Shown: positions 53,176-62,780 of the stretch, one piece after another
Numbering within the stretch: position 1 is the first letter of the stretch
How the letters are laid out: each line of letters begins with the position of its first letter
Assembly (NCBI GenBank): GCA_963840855.1
Contig: CAWJBB010000030.1
Location: 160,001 to 224,000, forward strand
DNA: 64,000 nucleotides
Reading direction: 5' to 3'
Source: an uncultured delta proteobacterium
Lineage (GTDB): Bacteria > Desulfobacterota > Binatia > UBA9968
Program-made: the position numbers and the translations under genes
Notes under the pieces: generated by a model
What the model saw: the letters and a program-made list of their open reading frames with translations, nothing else
Database searches by the model: none
Told to the model about the DNA's origin: nothing

Positions 53176-54620
53176 ATGAAAGATTTCTACGAGGCCATGC
53201 TTGCCAGAGACCACCGTTTTGACGGCAAGTTTTTCATCGCGGTAAAGACCACGGGTGTTTACTGCCGTCCCATTTGTCCGGCAAGGCCAAAGCTGGAAAA
53301 CTGCGAGTTTTTTCCTGACGCCGCCTCTGCGGAAAAGGCTGGATACCGGCCATGTTTGAGGTGCCGCCCGGAGTGCGCTCCTCTATCACCTGCCTGGTTC
53401 GGAAAGAAAGCGGTAGTGCAACGGGCACTCAAACTCATAGCGAGAAACGAGCTTCATCACACCAACGAAGATCAATTTGCCGCCCGGCTGGGAGTGAGTG
53501 CAAGACACTTGCGGCGGCTTTTTGAAGAAGAGATCGGTCAGACCCCTAAGCAAATTGCCGACAACAACAGGCTTAACTTCGCTCGAAAGCTGATTGTCGA
53601 GAGCACCATGCCTCTGATGACGGTCGCACGAACGGCTGGCTTTCGTTCCCTCAGACGTTTCAACGACGCATTCCAAAAACGTTTCCGCCGGCCTCCTTCT
53701 CAGCTACGAAAGACTCATATTGACCCACACAACACTGACGGAATCGACCTTAAGCTTGCATTCAGGCCTCCTTACGATTGGCAAACCATTATTCGATTCT
53801 ATCGGACGCATTCCATTCCGGGCGTCGAACGCGTCACGGAGGGCTTCTTCGAACGCGTTTTTTGTATCGGTAGCGCGATTGGAGTTTTCCAAGTTCAACC
53901 GATGGCCGCCGAACCGCAGCTGAAATTAAGGGTCATCACCGAAGACCCCACGATACTCTTCGACGTCGTAACGCGCGTGCGTAGGATGTTCGACTTGGAC
54001 TCGGATCCCATGCTCATTGCGAGCAGTTTCGCACCGGTTCCGCGTCTTGCAAAACTATTTGATCGCTTTCCTGGCTTGCGATTGCCAGGTGGTTGGGATG
54101 GTTTTGAGACCGCCGTGTGTTCGATCTTGGGGCAATTGGTTTCGGCTGAACAGCGAACCCATCTCGTCGGCCAGCTAGTGCGCGGCTACGGGGCGGATGT
54201 CGTTCATCCTGTTTCCGGAGAGAAGACCCGGTTATTTCCCCGCCCGGAAATTCTGGCGCAGTCCGATCTCAGCGAGGTCAAGACAACGATAGCTCGAAGA
54301 GAGGCGATTCGCGATTTCAGCCGTCGCGTATTGAGTGGAGCGATTTCGCTTTCCGAAGCTCAAGACCCTATGGCGTTCCGGAAGACCCTCCTCGAAACGA
54401 AGGGCCTGGGTCCCTGGTCGGCGGAATATATCAGCCTTCGGGCCATCGGTGACACCGATGCTTTTCCTGGGACGGATTTGATTCTCAAACGCGTGGTCGA
54501 GCTGCACCCAGATCTTGATTTGGAAGCTATCAGACCTTGGAGATCGTACGCGGCGATTTATCTCTGGAAGGAGTTCGCTGACATGCTTTCCAAGAGAAAG
54601 ATGAGGAACCAACATGACGC
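53176..54620 (+). CDS. ada: Ada-AlkA fusion: Ada Zn domain + AraC HTH + 3-methyladenine glycosylase II (true stop probably ~54604-54620; ORF track extends to 54822)
   Basis: RDHRFDGKFF.AV.TTG.YCRPICPA, RPCLRCRPE, GLGPWSAEY...GDTDAFP, PWRSYA. Confidence 0.9.
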
Positions 54621-55147
54621 TGTATTACAAGGAAATGAAATCGCCGATCGGCAAACTGAAACTGATCGCGAACGCAAACGCGCTGGTGGCCATTCTGTCG
54701 GAACGGGAACGTCCAAATCGACTGAGACTCGACGTGCCAAACGTCGATCAGCAACACCCCATCCTGGTGGAAGCCGAACGACAACTCTCCGATTATTTCG
54801 CCGGCAAGAGAACTCAGTTTGAGCTTCCTCTCGAACCACGCGGGACTGAGTTCCAACAGAAGGTCTGGTTATACTTGAGGAGAATTCCGTTTGGAAAGAC
54901 GACGAGTTATGGAGATATAGCCAGAACTGTCGGTTCGCCTCGGGCCTCTCGCGCCGTCGGCGCCGCCTGCGGCAAGAATCCGCTCTCCATTGTGGTGCCC
55001 TGTCATCGGGTTGTCGGAGCGAACGGAGCGCTTACCGGTTTTGGCGGCGGCCTCGAGACCAAGGCTGAGCTCTTGGCTCTCGAAGCACGGGCCCTCCAGA
55101 TCGAAGGCTCTCAGCCTGAGGCTGATCCGCCTCCGGCGGAACTTTGA
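54614..55147 (+). CDS. ogt: Methylated-DNA--protein-cysteine methyltransferase
   Basis: GTEFQQKVW, IPFG...SYG, RAVG.A..KNP...PCHRV. Confidence 0.95.
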   Translation: MTLYYKEMKSPIGKLKLIANANALVAILSERERPNRLRLDVPNVDQQHPILVEAERQLSDYFAGKRTQFELPLEPRGTEFQQKVWLYLRRIPFGKTTSYGDIARTVGSPRASRAVGAACGKNPLSIVVPCHRVVGANGALTGFGGGLETKAELLALEARALQIEGSQPEADPPPAEL

Positions 55148-55354
55148 ACTCCCATGTAATTCGATCCCCTAGACTTACCCCTGCGACTCCTTGAACTATG
55201 AATAATGCCGGCTGGCCCAGTGCCGGTCAGCATTTCGGCGCGTGCCGACCCGTCGGCACGCTTGCTTCGTCACTAACCATAGTCAACACACTGATAAAGT
55301 TTGAAATCTCTTTGATTCCGGATATTTATCGCGCTCTCTGAAACGAAGCGGTTT

Positions 55355-55369
55355 TGGCACACGACTTGC
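55355..55369 (+). promoter_or_regulatory. Sigma54 (-24/-12) promoter
   Basis: TGGCAC-ACGAC-TTGC with exact spacing; palindromic UAS-like TGCCGACCCGTCGGCA ~100 bp upstream. Confidence 0.8.
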
Positions 55370-55410
55370 CATAACTCTTCATCGAGAGGAAGAAAATTAC
55401 GCTGGATGTC

Positions 55411-55590
55411 ATGAAGATCGACGTTCCATTTATTGCGGCTTTGCTTATCCTTGGTGCCGATCTTTTGGCGCGCGTTTCAATTCAAAGTATCGAACAGGCG
55501 CTTTTCTCGACGGCGTTGGAGTGGTCTATGAAGCGCATCAGGGCGGGCCGGCAGAAATCTTCTTCCAAGAGTGTGGGATCGGATGAGTAG
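55411..55590 (+). CDS. Small hypothetical protein (59 aa)
   Basis: First ORF after the sigma54 promoter; hydrophobic N-terminus MKIDVPFIAALLILGADLL. Confidence 0.3.
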   Translation: MKIDVPFIAALLILGADLLARVSIQSIEQALFSTALEWSMKRIRAGRQKSSSKSVGSDE

Positions 55591-55617
55591 GCTCGAATTG
55601 CAAGTAGGAGGAACTCG

Positions 55618-55782
55618 ATGATGTTCGAAAATCAGATCTGGTTTTATCCGACAGCGGCGCCGGCTGCGCTACCGATCGGGCTGAACCATCTAGACGCGGA
55701 TTTTTGTTGGTGTGATCCGGTAGTCGAGGTGGACGAGGACGGCAAGGAAGTTGTGCTGCACAAGCAAGTGACATGGAACTGA
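55618..55782 (+). CDS. Small putative metal-binding protein (54 aa, H-x5-CWC-x-P...H)
   Basis: AGGAGG RBS; MMFENQIWF...NHLDADFCWCDPVVEVDEDGKEVVLHKQVTWN. Confidence 0.6.
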   Translation: MMFENQIWFYPTAAPAALPIGLNHLDADFCWCDPVVEVDEDGKEVVLHKQVTWN

Positions 55783-55807
55783 ACCGTCTGAAACAGGCTC
55801 TTAGTTC

Positions 55808-56083
55808 ATGTTGAAGATCACCACCAAAACCGACGCTGTAAAGACTACTTTCGAGCTTGAAGGGAAACTAGCGGGAGCTTGGGTTAATGAACTGGAGCAC
55901 TGTTGGCGCGAGATTCCCAGCGGTCACACCGTTAAGATTTCATTGGAAGCGGTGACATTTATCGACGATGACGGGAAAAAACTGCTGGCCAGGCTGCACG
56001 CAAGCGGGGCAGAGCTGAAGGCCGCGGGATGCATGACGAAATGCATCGTGCGGGAGATCATCAGAGAAAACCAGCGAAACTAA
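55808..56083 (+). CDS. STAS-like small protein
   Basis: MLKIT...LEGKLAGAWV.EL..CW...L..VTFID..G..LL..L. Confidence 0.75.
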   Translation: MLKITTKTDAVKTTFELEGKLAGAWVNELEHCWREIPSGHTVKISLEAVTFIDDDGKKLLARLHASGAELKAAGCMTKCIVREIIRENQRN

Positions 56084-56181
56084 CTTGATTCGAGGAATGT
56101 ATGATAAGCGCAACGGGCAACGAGGCGATCCCACGCGCGCGCGAGGAAAACTTTACTGCCATTGAAAAATTGGGAGGAACC

Positions 56182-56604
56182 ATGGAATTGAAACCCTACA
56201 CTTCGAAATCAGTGCCGGAGCGCGGCCATATCAATGCGGAAGAAAAAATCGCCTCGCTCTTTGAACCGGACACCCTTTTATCCGCGCAGTATTTTGATAA
56301 CCTGCGCAGAAAAACCATCTTAGAGCCGGAGAAAGCGCTCATCCTGGCGGTTTTGGAAGATGCCATTAATTGCTTTCAAGACAATGTCTTGGCTGAGAGC
56401 GGCAAAGCAAAGAAGCTTTTCGACGAAGCGGAAGAATGGGTATTCGATGAAGGCGGCGAGTGGATATTCTCCTTTCGAAATGTCTGTGAGCATTTGGGGT
56501 TTAATCCTGAATACGTGCGCCGGGGATTGTTGCGATGGAAAGAAAAGAAACTAGCCAGTCAACCTCGCCGCAGCGTTTGGGACGGGACGAGGATGGCCGG
56601 CTAA
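56182..56604 (+). CDS. Conserved hypothetical protein
   Basis: GGAGG RBS; PEKALILAVLEDAINCFQ...AEEW....W.FSF.NVC..LG..P..VR. Confidence 0.7.
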   Translation: MELKPYTSKSVPERGHINAEEKIASLFEPDTLLSAQYFDNLRRKTILEPEKALILAVLEDAINCFQDNVLAESGKAKKLFDEAEEWVFDEGGEWIFSFRNVCEHLGFNPEYVRRGLLRWKEKKLASQPRRSVWDGTRMAG

Positions 56605-56667
56605 AGCACGCCGCGAAATAGAGTGATGGCGCAGGACCCACGTTAGAGTATTAAGGAGGAAGTGTTT

Positions 56668-56841
56668 ATGAATTCATGGCAACTCATGTTTCTACAAAGC
56701 AGAGCGAACAACTACTTTTATAACGGAGATAGTCTCGCGACGCAGAATTGGGCTTGGCCCCAGGGGACCTGGTTTCAGAAGCGTTTGCGCTATCTGCGAA
56801 AGAAGCGGCAGCGGACGCATCAGCAAACGGCGGCGCTATGA
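56668..56841 (+). CDS. Small basic hypothetical protein (57 aa)
   Basis: AAGGAGG RBS; MNSWQLMFLQSRANNYFY...KRLRYLRKKRQR. Confidence 0.45.
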   Translation: MNSWQLMFLQSRANNYFYNGDSLATQNWAWPQGTWFQKRLRYLRKKRQRTHQQTAAL

Positions 56842-56869
56842 AGCGCAAAGCTTAAAGCTGTTGATCTGG

Positions 56870-57864
56870 CTACTCGGGCAGTTTCGGAGGACTTGATACT
56901 TCCGTAGCAACTTGCCCCGTTAGCGCTTCCATGAACGCGACTAAATCTTTCTGCTCCGCGGCAGTAAGATTGAGGGGGCGCACTTCTTTTGAAAGCCACT
57001 GATTCGGCGCGCCGCCTTTGTTGTAGAAGGCGACCACTTCCTCCAATGTTTTGAGGCTGCCGTCGTGCATATACGGCGCGCGTTTGGCGACGTCGCGCAG
57101 GGTCGGGGTCTTGAAAGCGCCCCTATGCTCGTCGTTTTTGGAAACCGTAAATCTTCCGAGGTCTGGGCTCGCGTTATCCATACCCACACCCAGGTTGTGA
57201 TAGTTTTCGTCGGTGAAGTTAAAGCTCGCGTGGCAGGTCACGCAACGCGCCTTTCCTTCAAACAAGGCCAGGCCTCGCTGCGCAGCTGCCGGGAGGGCTT
57301 TTTTATCGCCCGCCTTGAAACGATCGTAGGGTGAGTTGCCGGATAGGATCATCCGTTCATAGGCTGCGATGGCTTTTGCCACTCCTTCGGGGTTGAGGTC
57401 TGTGCCGAACACCTTGCGATGCTGCTCTTGATAGTACGGAATAGAGCCCAGGTTTTTGACGAGCAACTCCGGCGACTGGTCCGATGCTTTGATCGCTTGA
57501 TCTTCCAGCGAAGTGCGCTGGCCGGCCCACTGTTGCGCGTCGCTAAATAGACGATTGACCAGCGTCGGCGAGTGCCGCGGCGTGGGCTTGCCATCGAACC
57601 TTGCGGAAAACTGACGCGCATCGCCCCAGCCGTGATTTGGCTCATGGCAAGTAACACAGGCTACGGTGCCGTTTCGCGACCATCGTTTATCCCAGAAAAA
57701 CTGTTTGCCTAGGGCGATCTTCTCCGCTGTGAGCGGATTGTCAGCGGGAATGTACGCGGCGCTTTCCTGGAGACCTAGGGAAGCTTAAGCTTGAACTCGT
57801 CGCTATGAGCTCGCGCGGCGAAAGTGGCGAGGGCGAGCACGAATATCATGTACCATAACTTCAT
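56870..57864 (-). CDS. Di-heme cytochrome c peroxidase (CcpA/MauG family), frameshifted
   Basis: Signal peptide; PADNPLTAEKIALGKQFF; two CxxCH motifs (ACVTCH, RCVTCH); FKTPTLRDV...PYMHDG. Confidence 0.88.
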
Positions 57865-57919
57865 GCGATGCCTCCTTGCAATTGTTCTCAGCGATAGACG
57901 GTGTGAAAACTCTTTAGGA

Positions 57920-58070
57920 ACCCTTGACCCCCCTTCGACCCTTTGAGGGGCCTCAGGCCAGGCCCCTCGACAGCCTTCAGTCCCGAGCCTTCGAGGGTCA
58001 GGGCAAACGGCTAAATGCTTGATTATGTCTGACATCCGTTCGTGGTGAGCCGAGTCGAACCATGAACGGG
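57920..58070. repeat. CCCTTCGAC-type REP cluster
   Basis: CCCTTCGAC...CTCAGG..CCCTCGACAG...CAGGGCAAACGG...CCGTTCGTGGTGAGCCGAGTCGAACCATGAACG. Confidence 0.55.
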
Positions 58071-58102
58071 GTTTTCATACAGCCCGGCGATAGACGAACC
58101 CA

Positions 58103-59650
58103 CTATTTTCCGCCCTGCGCCGCCGCGCGAGCCACTTGCATGGTTGCGCTGTCGCCGTGAATGCCGACGATCGTGCTCACGTCGAGGTTGAGCCTATCGA
58201 GGGCCGTGACGAATTCTTTTACCAGTGGCGCGGCGCGCACCTGCCCGTTGCGGGGGCTGATATGGTCCGCTTCGATCAATATCTTCTCAGACGGTAAATA
58301 GATAACGACGAGATCTTCGGCGTGGGAAGTCGGCAATGGGTAAACTTCCACTCGGCGGCTACCGTCGGTCAGCACGCGGGGTCCACCGCCGAAAGATTCA
58401 ATGACCACGCCGCCCGGACTTGTTTCTAAACTGTCGGGTTTGCGCGTGTGCGGCGCTTTGGCGACGCGGCTGTAGAACTCCTTCGCTGAAAACGGCGCAA
58501 TCACAGATGCGCCCGATGCCATAAAAGCGCGTATGCCTCCCGCGTGATCCAGGTGGTGGTGTGTCGGAACGATGTAGCGGATCGGTTTCGTGGGAAATTT
58601 TTCTTGAATGGATTTTACCACCGGCGCGGTACGGGCTTCATAGAGCGGCCCTTCGACGGCAACCAAATGATCGCGCATTTCGATGACGACGGTGGCGTGG
58701 CCGACCCCTTGGATTTTGTGTACGCCGTCGGCCAAGCAATTCCATTCGATGGACGCGGGGCGCCCCATGTCCTGATAGCTCACGCCGCCGGCGACCCGAC
58801 GCAGGATCCACTGCGAGGCAATGGGCGCCGCATCCGTTTTCTGCGCGCGCACCGACTCCGGCACGATGAAGGTGTCGGTAGTAAGCGAGGAGTTGTTCTT
58901 AACGGATCTAATTTGCTCCTCTTGGAGCGCTTTACCGTTGAGCTCGTAGCGCAGGCTGAAAGGCGTCATCACGCCGTCGACCTTGCGCCAATCGCCGTAG
59001 CGCAACAGATAGCTGCTATCGCCTTCCAGGGGATCATTCTCGAGAATGTCGACTTGCGCCGGTAGATGCGTTTTGGGGTCGAGATAGATGCGGAACTCAT
59101 CGCCGCCGTCTTTGAATGCGATAACGCGATGCGATAACCCATTCACATCAGTGTCGGGTAGACGCTGAGCGCTTTTTCCCTTGGCAGCGACCAGTAGCAA
59201 ATTGACTGCGCTGCGCTTCTCTTCACGCATGCGGGTTGCCAGGCGTCCTGGATGAAGGCGGCTTTGTTTGGCGGTTTTGGGATCGCCTTCTTGCAGGAGT
59301 CCGACGTTGCCGTCGATGATTTCGAGGAAACGGATGTTTTCGTTGCGGGCCGAATTGCGCCCGTCCCAGTCTATTCTTACCCGCGGCTGGGTTAGATCGC
59401 GGGTCAGCGTGTAACGAAAGGTGCTGATCTGGCGGGTGGCGCCGAGCGGCCGTGGTGTCGAGGAAGAATCGAACTGCTTGCCTTCGCTCTCAATGACTTG
59501 GTTCTTGATTGCTCGCAGCGCGGCTACCCCGCCCATGGCGTTGGCGCTTTGGTCGAGTAACGCTTTCACGGATTGGGCATGCGCGGTGGCGATCGCGCAT
59601 GCGAACAGCGCCGCAGCGAAGAAAAAGGTCATTGAAATTCTTCGGCTCAT
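58103..59650 (-). CDS. Secreted MBL-fold metallo-hydrolase with N-terminal LolA-like region
   Basis: Signal peptide; A.AMGG; THHHLDHAGG; HAED; EAD; IVGIHG. Confidence 0.85.
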   Translation of the reverse strand: MSRRISMTFFFAAALFACAIATAHAQSVKALLDQSANAMGGVAALRAIKNQVIESEGKQFDSSSTPRPLGATRQISTFRYTLTRDLTQPRVRIDWDGRNSARNENIRFLEIIDGNVGLLQEGDPKTAKQSRLHPGRLATRMREEKRSAVNLLLVAAKGKSAQRLPDTDVNGLSHRVIAFKDGGDEFRIYLDPKTHLPAQVDILENDPLEGDSSYLLRYGDWRKVDGVMTPFSLRYELNGKALQEEQIRSVKNNSSLTTDTFIVPESVRAQKTDAAPIASQWILRRVAGGVSYQDMGRPASIEWNCLADGVHKIQGVGHATVVIEMRDHLVAVEGPLYEARTAPVVKSIQEKFPTKPIRYIVPTHHHLDHAGGIRAFMASGASVIAPFSAKEFYSRVAKAPHTRKPDSLETSPGGVVIESFGGGPRVLTDGSRRVEVYPLPTSHAEDLVVIYLPSEKILIEADHISPRNGQVRAAPLVKEFVTALDRLNLDVSTIVGIHGDSATMQVARAAAQGGK

Positions 59651-59987
59651 ACTTGCCTCCTCAATATATGACTCAACGGCCCTAGCCATATCACACATCC
59701 TGTGATGGCCGATAATGTTTTGATCAATCCGTGAGATGCCAATGGCGGTGAGATGAGCTACGAGTGAGTAACTCGGTGGCGTGATCAAGGTCCAGCCCTG
59801 TTTGCAAGCCGTCTACGAGTTGACATAACGCCACCTTATCGAATACTCTCCGCCTCGAAATGGGCATTGGCGGACCGCTTTCCTTCGTCGGGCTCGCTAT
59901 TGAGCCGTTGACAGCTGGCTCACAAGCGCCTGATGGAGCCGTTTTTATTCGGGTCAAGGTCTGAAAAGCGAATTCTATCATTTAAAT

Positions 59988-61030
59988 ATGAAGCTGATTT
60001 TGTTCGTTCTTCTGTTCGCTATTTTTCCGGCCGCTGTTAACAGCGTCTTTTCACAGGCGCCTTTTTATCAAGACAAAACGATTGCAGTCGTTTTGGGCGG
60101 CCCTCCGGGCGGCTCGGCCGACTTGAGGACAAGGGCGGTTACAAATTTCCTGCGTAAACATATTCCGGGAAATCCGACGATCACGATCCAGCATATGGGC
60201 GCGGGCGGAGGCCGGCAAGCGGCAAATCATGTCTATCGCGGAGCGCGCCCGGATGGGCTTACCGTCGGCAGCATGGGCGCCGCGCTGGTCGCCAACGCCG
60301 TTCTCGGCGAGCCGGGTGTTCAATATGACATCGACAAGTTCATTTATCTTGGCACGCCCGACAGCGCGCAGCATTATGTTTTCGTCACGCATCGCGAGGC
60401 GGGACTCTCTAGTATTGATAAACTGCGCGCAGCCTCTGGCGTGCGAATCGGCGCGCAATCAGTGGGTCATCGCCATTTACATCACGGGCCGGCTTTACGC
60501 CTATCTACTGGGCCTGAGAGAACCCAGGTTCGTTACCGGCTATACGGGCCCCGAGATCGATATCGCGCTTTTCAAGCGTGAGCTCGACGCCAGAGTTACC
60601 ACCGGCGAGTCCATCGTGCGCCGTTCGCCTGAATGGTTAGAGAAAAAACTCGTGGACGTCCACGCCGGCATTGAAATCCCCAAGGCGAGCGCAGTCAGCA
60701 CTTCGCTAATTTGCCTGAGCTAGAAAGCTTCGCGAAGTCGCCAAAGAGAAGAAAATCGTGGAAATGTTTCGCGCCTTCAGACTTGCCGGGCAGAATTTTT
60801 TTCTGCCGCCGGGAACTCCCAAAGAGCGGGTGCAGATCTTGCAGGACGCCATGCGCAAGACGTTCGCGGATAGTGAGTTTTCAAGGGAATACCAAAAGCT
60901 TGCAGGCGAGCCGCCATCGCCTCTCATGCCGGAGACGCTGGAGAAAGTAATCAAGGAGCTGCCGCGCGATAACGAGGTCATCGAACTGTTCAAGATACTC
61001 GCCGGCGCGGAACCCCTGCCCGCCCGTTAG
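59988..61030 (+). CDS. Bug/TctC family substrate-binding protein (frameshifted)
   Basis: FYQDKTI, KHIPGNPTI, PDGLTVG, PPGTPKERV; paralogue of 2145-3200. Confidence 0.82.
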
Positions 61031-61213
61031 CGCCGCTTGCCGTCGATTCAAATCAATGACTTGTTTCTTTCATGGGGCACTGTTTCCAATTTAACCGAGG
61101 CAAGATCTTATGAGCTTGAAGGCGCGTCACCGTGGGGCAAGTCGTCGATTTTAGTTTCCTCGAAAAGGCGCGCAAGATCTCGGATTGATTCGCTGACTCT
61201 ACTCCGGCGAATG

Positions 61214-61285
61214 GTTCAAATCGTTCAAGCTGTTCAAACTGTTCAAAACGTTTGGAACGATTGGAACTTTTGGAACGACTTGAAC
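61214..61285. repeat. Palindromic 9-bp-unit array (4 direct + 4 inverted units)
   Basis: GTTCAAATC GTTCAAGCT GTTCAAACT GTTCAAAAC | GTTTGGAAC GATTGGAAC TTTTGGAAC GACTTGAAC. Confidence 0.75.
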
Positions 61286-61383
61286 CCCGTATGATAGCCC
61301 GCCTGCTCTTGCTTCTCCTGCCGATTCGGACTTACCATACGGACTATTTCGTCAGTTAAGAAAAGAAGCCGACGGAGGTCGTC

Positions 61384-62256
61384 ATGGAGCCGATCGAGCC
61401 CGCAGTTCTTGCCACCGCCAACGAGAAAAGCCGCAAGCTTAGAGAGTTAATCCGGGCGCCGGATATTCTTGTGATGCCGGGCGCCTACGATGTTCTGAGC
61501 GCGCTGTTGTTCCAACAGCTCGGCTTCGAAGCAATTCAATGCACCAGCGGCGGCATCGCCGCGGCGTTGGGCTATCCTGACGGCGAGGTGATTAGCCGGG
61601 ATCTGTTTCTCCAAGTGACGGGAAATTTCGCCGCGGCGGTCTCGGTTCCCGTCAACGCCGACGGCGAGCGCGGCTACGGCGACGAGGAGGGCGTCAAAGA
61701 AACCGTGCGCGCGCTGGTCGCCGCCGGCGTGGCCGGTATGAATCTCGAAGACGGCGCCGGGGCCAAGCCGGGCGGCGCGCGCGGGTTGGTGCCGGTGGCC
61801 GAGCAATTACGCAAAATCGCCGCGGTCATGGAAACCAAACGCGCGCTGGGCAGCGAGTTTTTCCTTAACGCTCGCGTGGACGCATTCCACGTCATGACCG
61901 ACGATCCAAAAAAAATTCTGGACGAGGCGATCCGCCGCGGCAACGCCTACGCGGAGGCGGGCGGCGACTGCATTTTCTATTTGAACCTCCATGCGCGGGA
62001 CACCATCGGCGTCGTGGCCAAGGAAGTCAAAGCGCCGGTCAGCATTCTGGCCGGACCACAGTCACCGAGCGTAAGTGAGTTGCAAGATTTGGGCGTGGCG
62101 CGAGTCAGTTACGGCTCCGGGTTTCTCAAAGCGGCTATCGGGGCAACCAAGCGCCTGGCGCAGGAAATCTTGGAGAAGGGAACCGTCGCGGCGATGAAAG
62201 AGGGAATGCAAACGCCGGAAATAAACGCCCTGGTGTCACGAAAGAAAGCGAGTTGA
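61384..62256 (+). CDS. Isocitrate lyase/PEP mutase family protein
   Basis: PGAYDVLSA, TSGGIAAALGYPDGE, ADGERGYG, GMNLED, NARVD, AYAEAGGDCIF. Confidence 0.9.
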   Translation: MEPIEPAVLATANEKSRKLRELIRAPDILVMPGAYDVLSALLFQQLGFEAIQCTSGGIAAALGYPDGEVISRDLFLQVTGNFAAAVSVPVNADGERGYGDEEGVKETVRALVAAGVAGMNLEDGAGAKPGGARGLVPVAEQLRKIAAVMETKRALGSEFFLNARVDAFHVMTDDPKKILDEAIRRGNAYAEAGGDCIFYLNLHARDTIGVVAKEVKAPVSILAGPQSPSVSELQDLGVARVSYGSGFLKAAIGATKRLAQEILEKGTVAAMKEGMQTPEINALVSRKKAS

Positions 62257-62260
62257 GCGG

Positions 62261-62731
62261 ATGAACGCCGCAGGCACAGTCGTTTCCATTCACGTCGCTC
62301 CCACCGGCGCGGCGCCGATGAAGACCGTCAGCAAGATCCAAGTGGTGGCCGGCAAGGGGCTGGAAGGCGACCGTTACGCGGTGAAGCTCGGAACCTACTC
62401 GAATGATCCCGGTTCGGGGCGCGACGTGACGTTGATTGAAATCGAAGCTTTCGAAGCTCTACGGCGCGACTATCAAATTACCCTCGAACCCGCTTCGGCG
62501 CGCCGCAATATCGTCACCCGCGGCGTCGCGCTCAATCATCTCGTCGGGGTCGAATTCACCGTCGGTGACGCGCTCCTGCGCGGCACGCGCCTGTGCGACC
62601 CCTGCGCGCATATGGAGAAGCTCACGGTCAAAGGAGCAATGCGCGGCTTGATTCATCGCGGCGGACTCAGGGCGGAGATCATTCGTGGGGGAGTCATTCG
62701 CATCGGCGACGCCATTGGCGCGGGTGGCTAA
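62261..62731 (+). CDS. MOSC domain protein
   Basis: GLEGDRY, RDVTLIE, RRNIVTRG, CDPC, GGLRAEI..GG.I..GD. Confidence 0.9.
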   Translation: MNAAGTVVSIHVAPTGAAPMKTVSKIQVVAGKGLEGDRYAVKLGTYSNDPGSGRDVTLIEIEAFEALRRDYQITLEPASARRNIVTRGVALNHLVGVEFTVGDALLRGTRLCDPCAHMEKLTVKGAMRGLIHRGGLRAEIIRGGVIRIGDAIGAGG

Positions 62732-62780
62732 GTAGTGACGTGTTTGCCGTGGATAGTCGGACGATCCCGGGTCCTCGCCC

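Noticed and set aside
61214-61285. Possible CRISPR array
   Set aside because: Units are 9 bp with no unique spacers, and there are no cas genes in the window.
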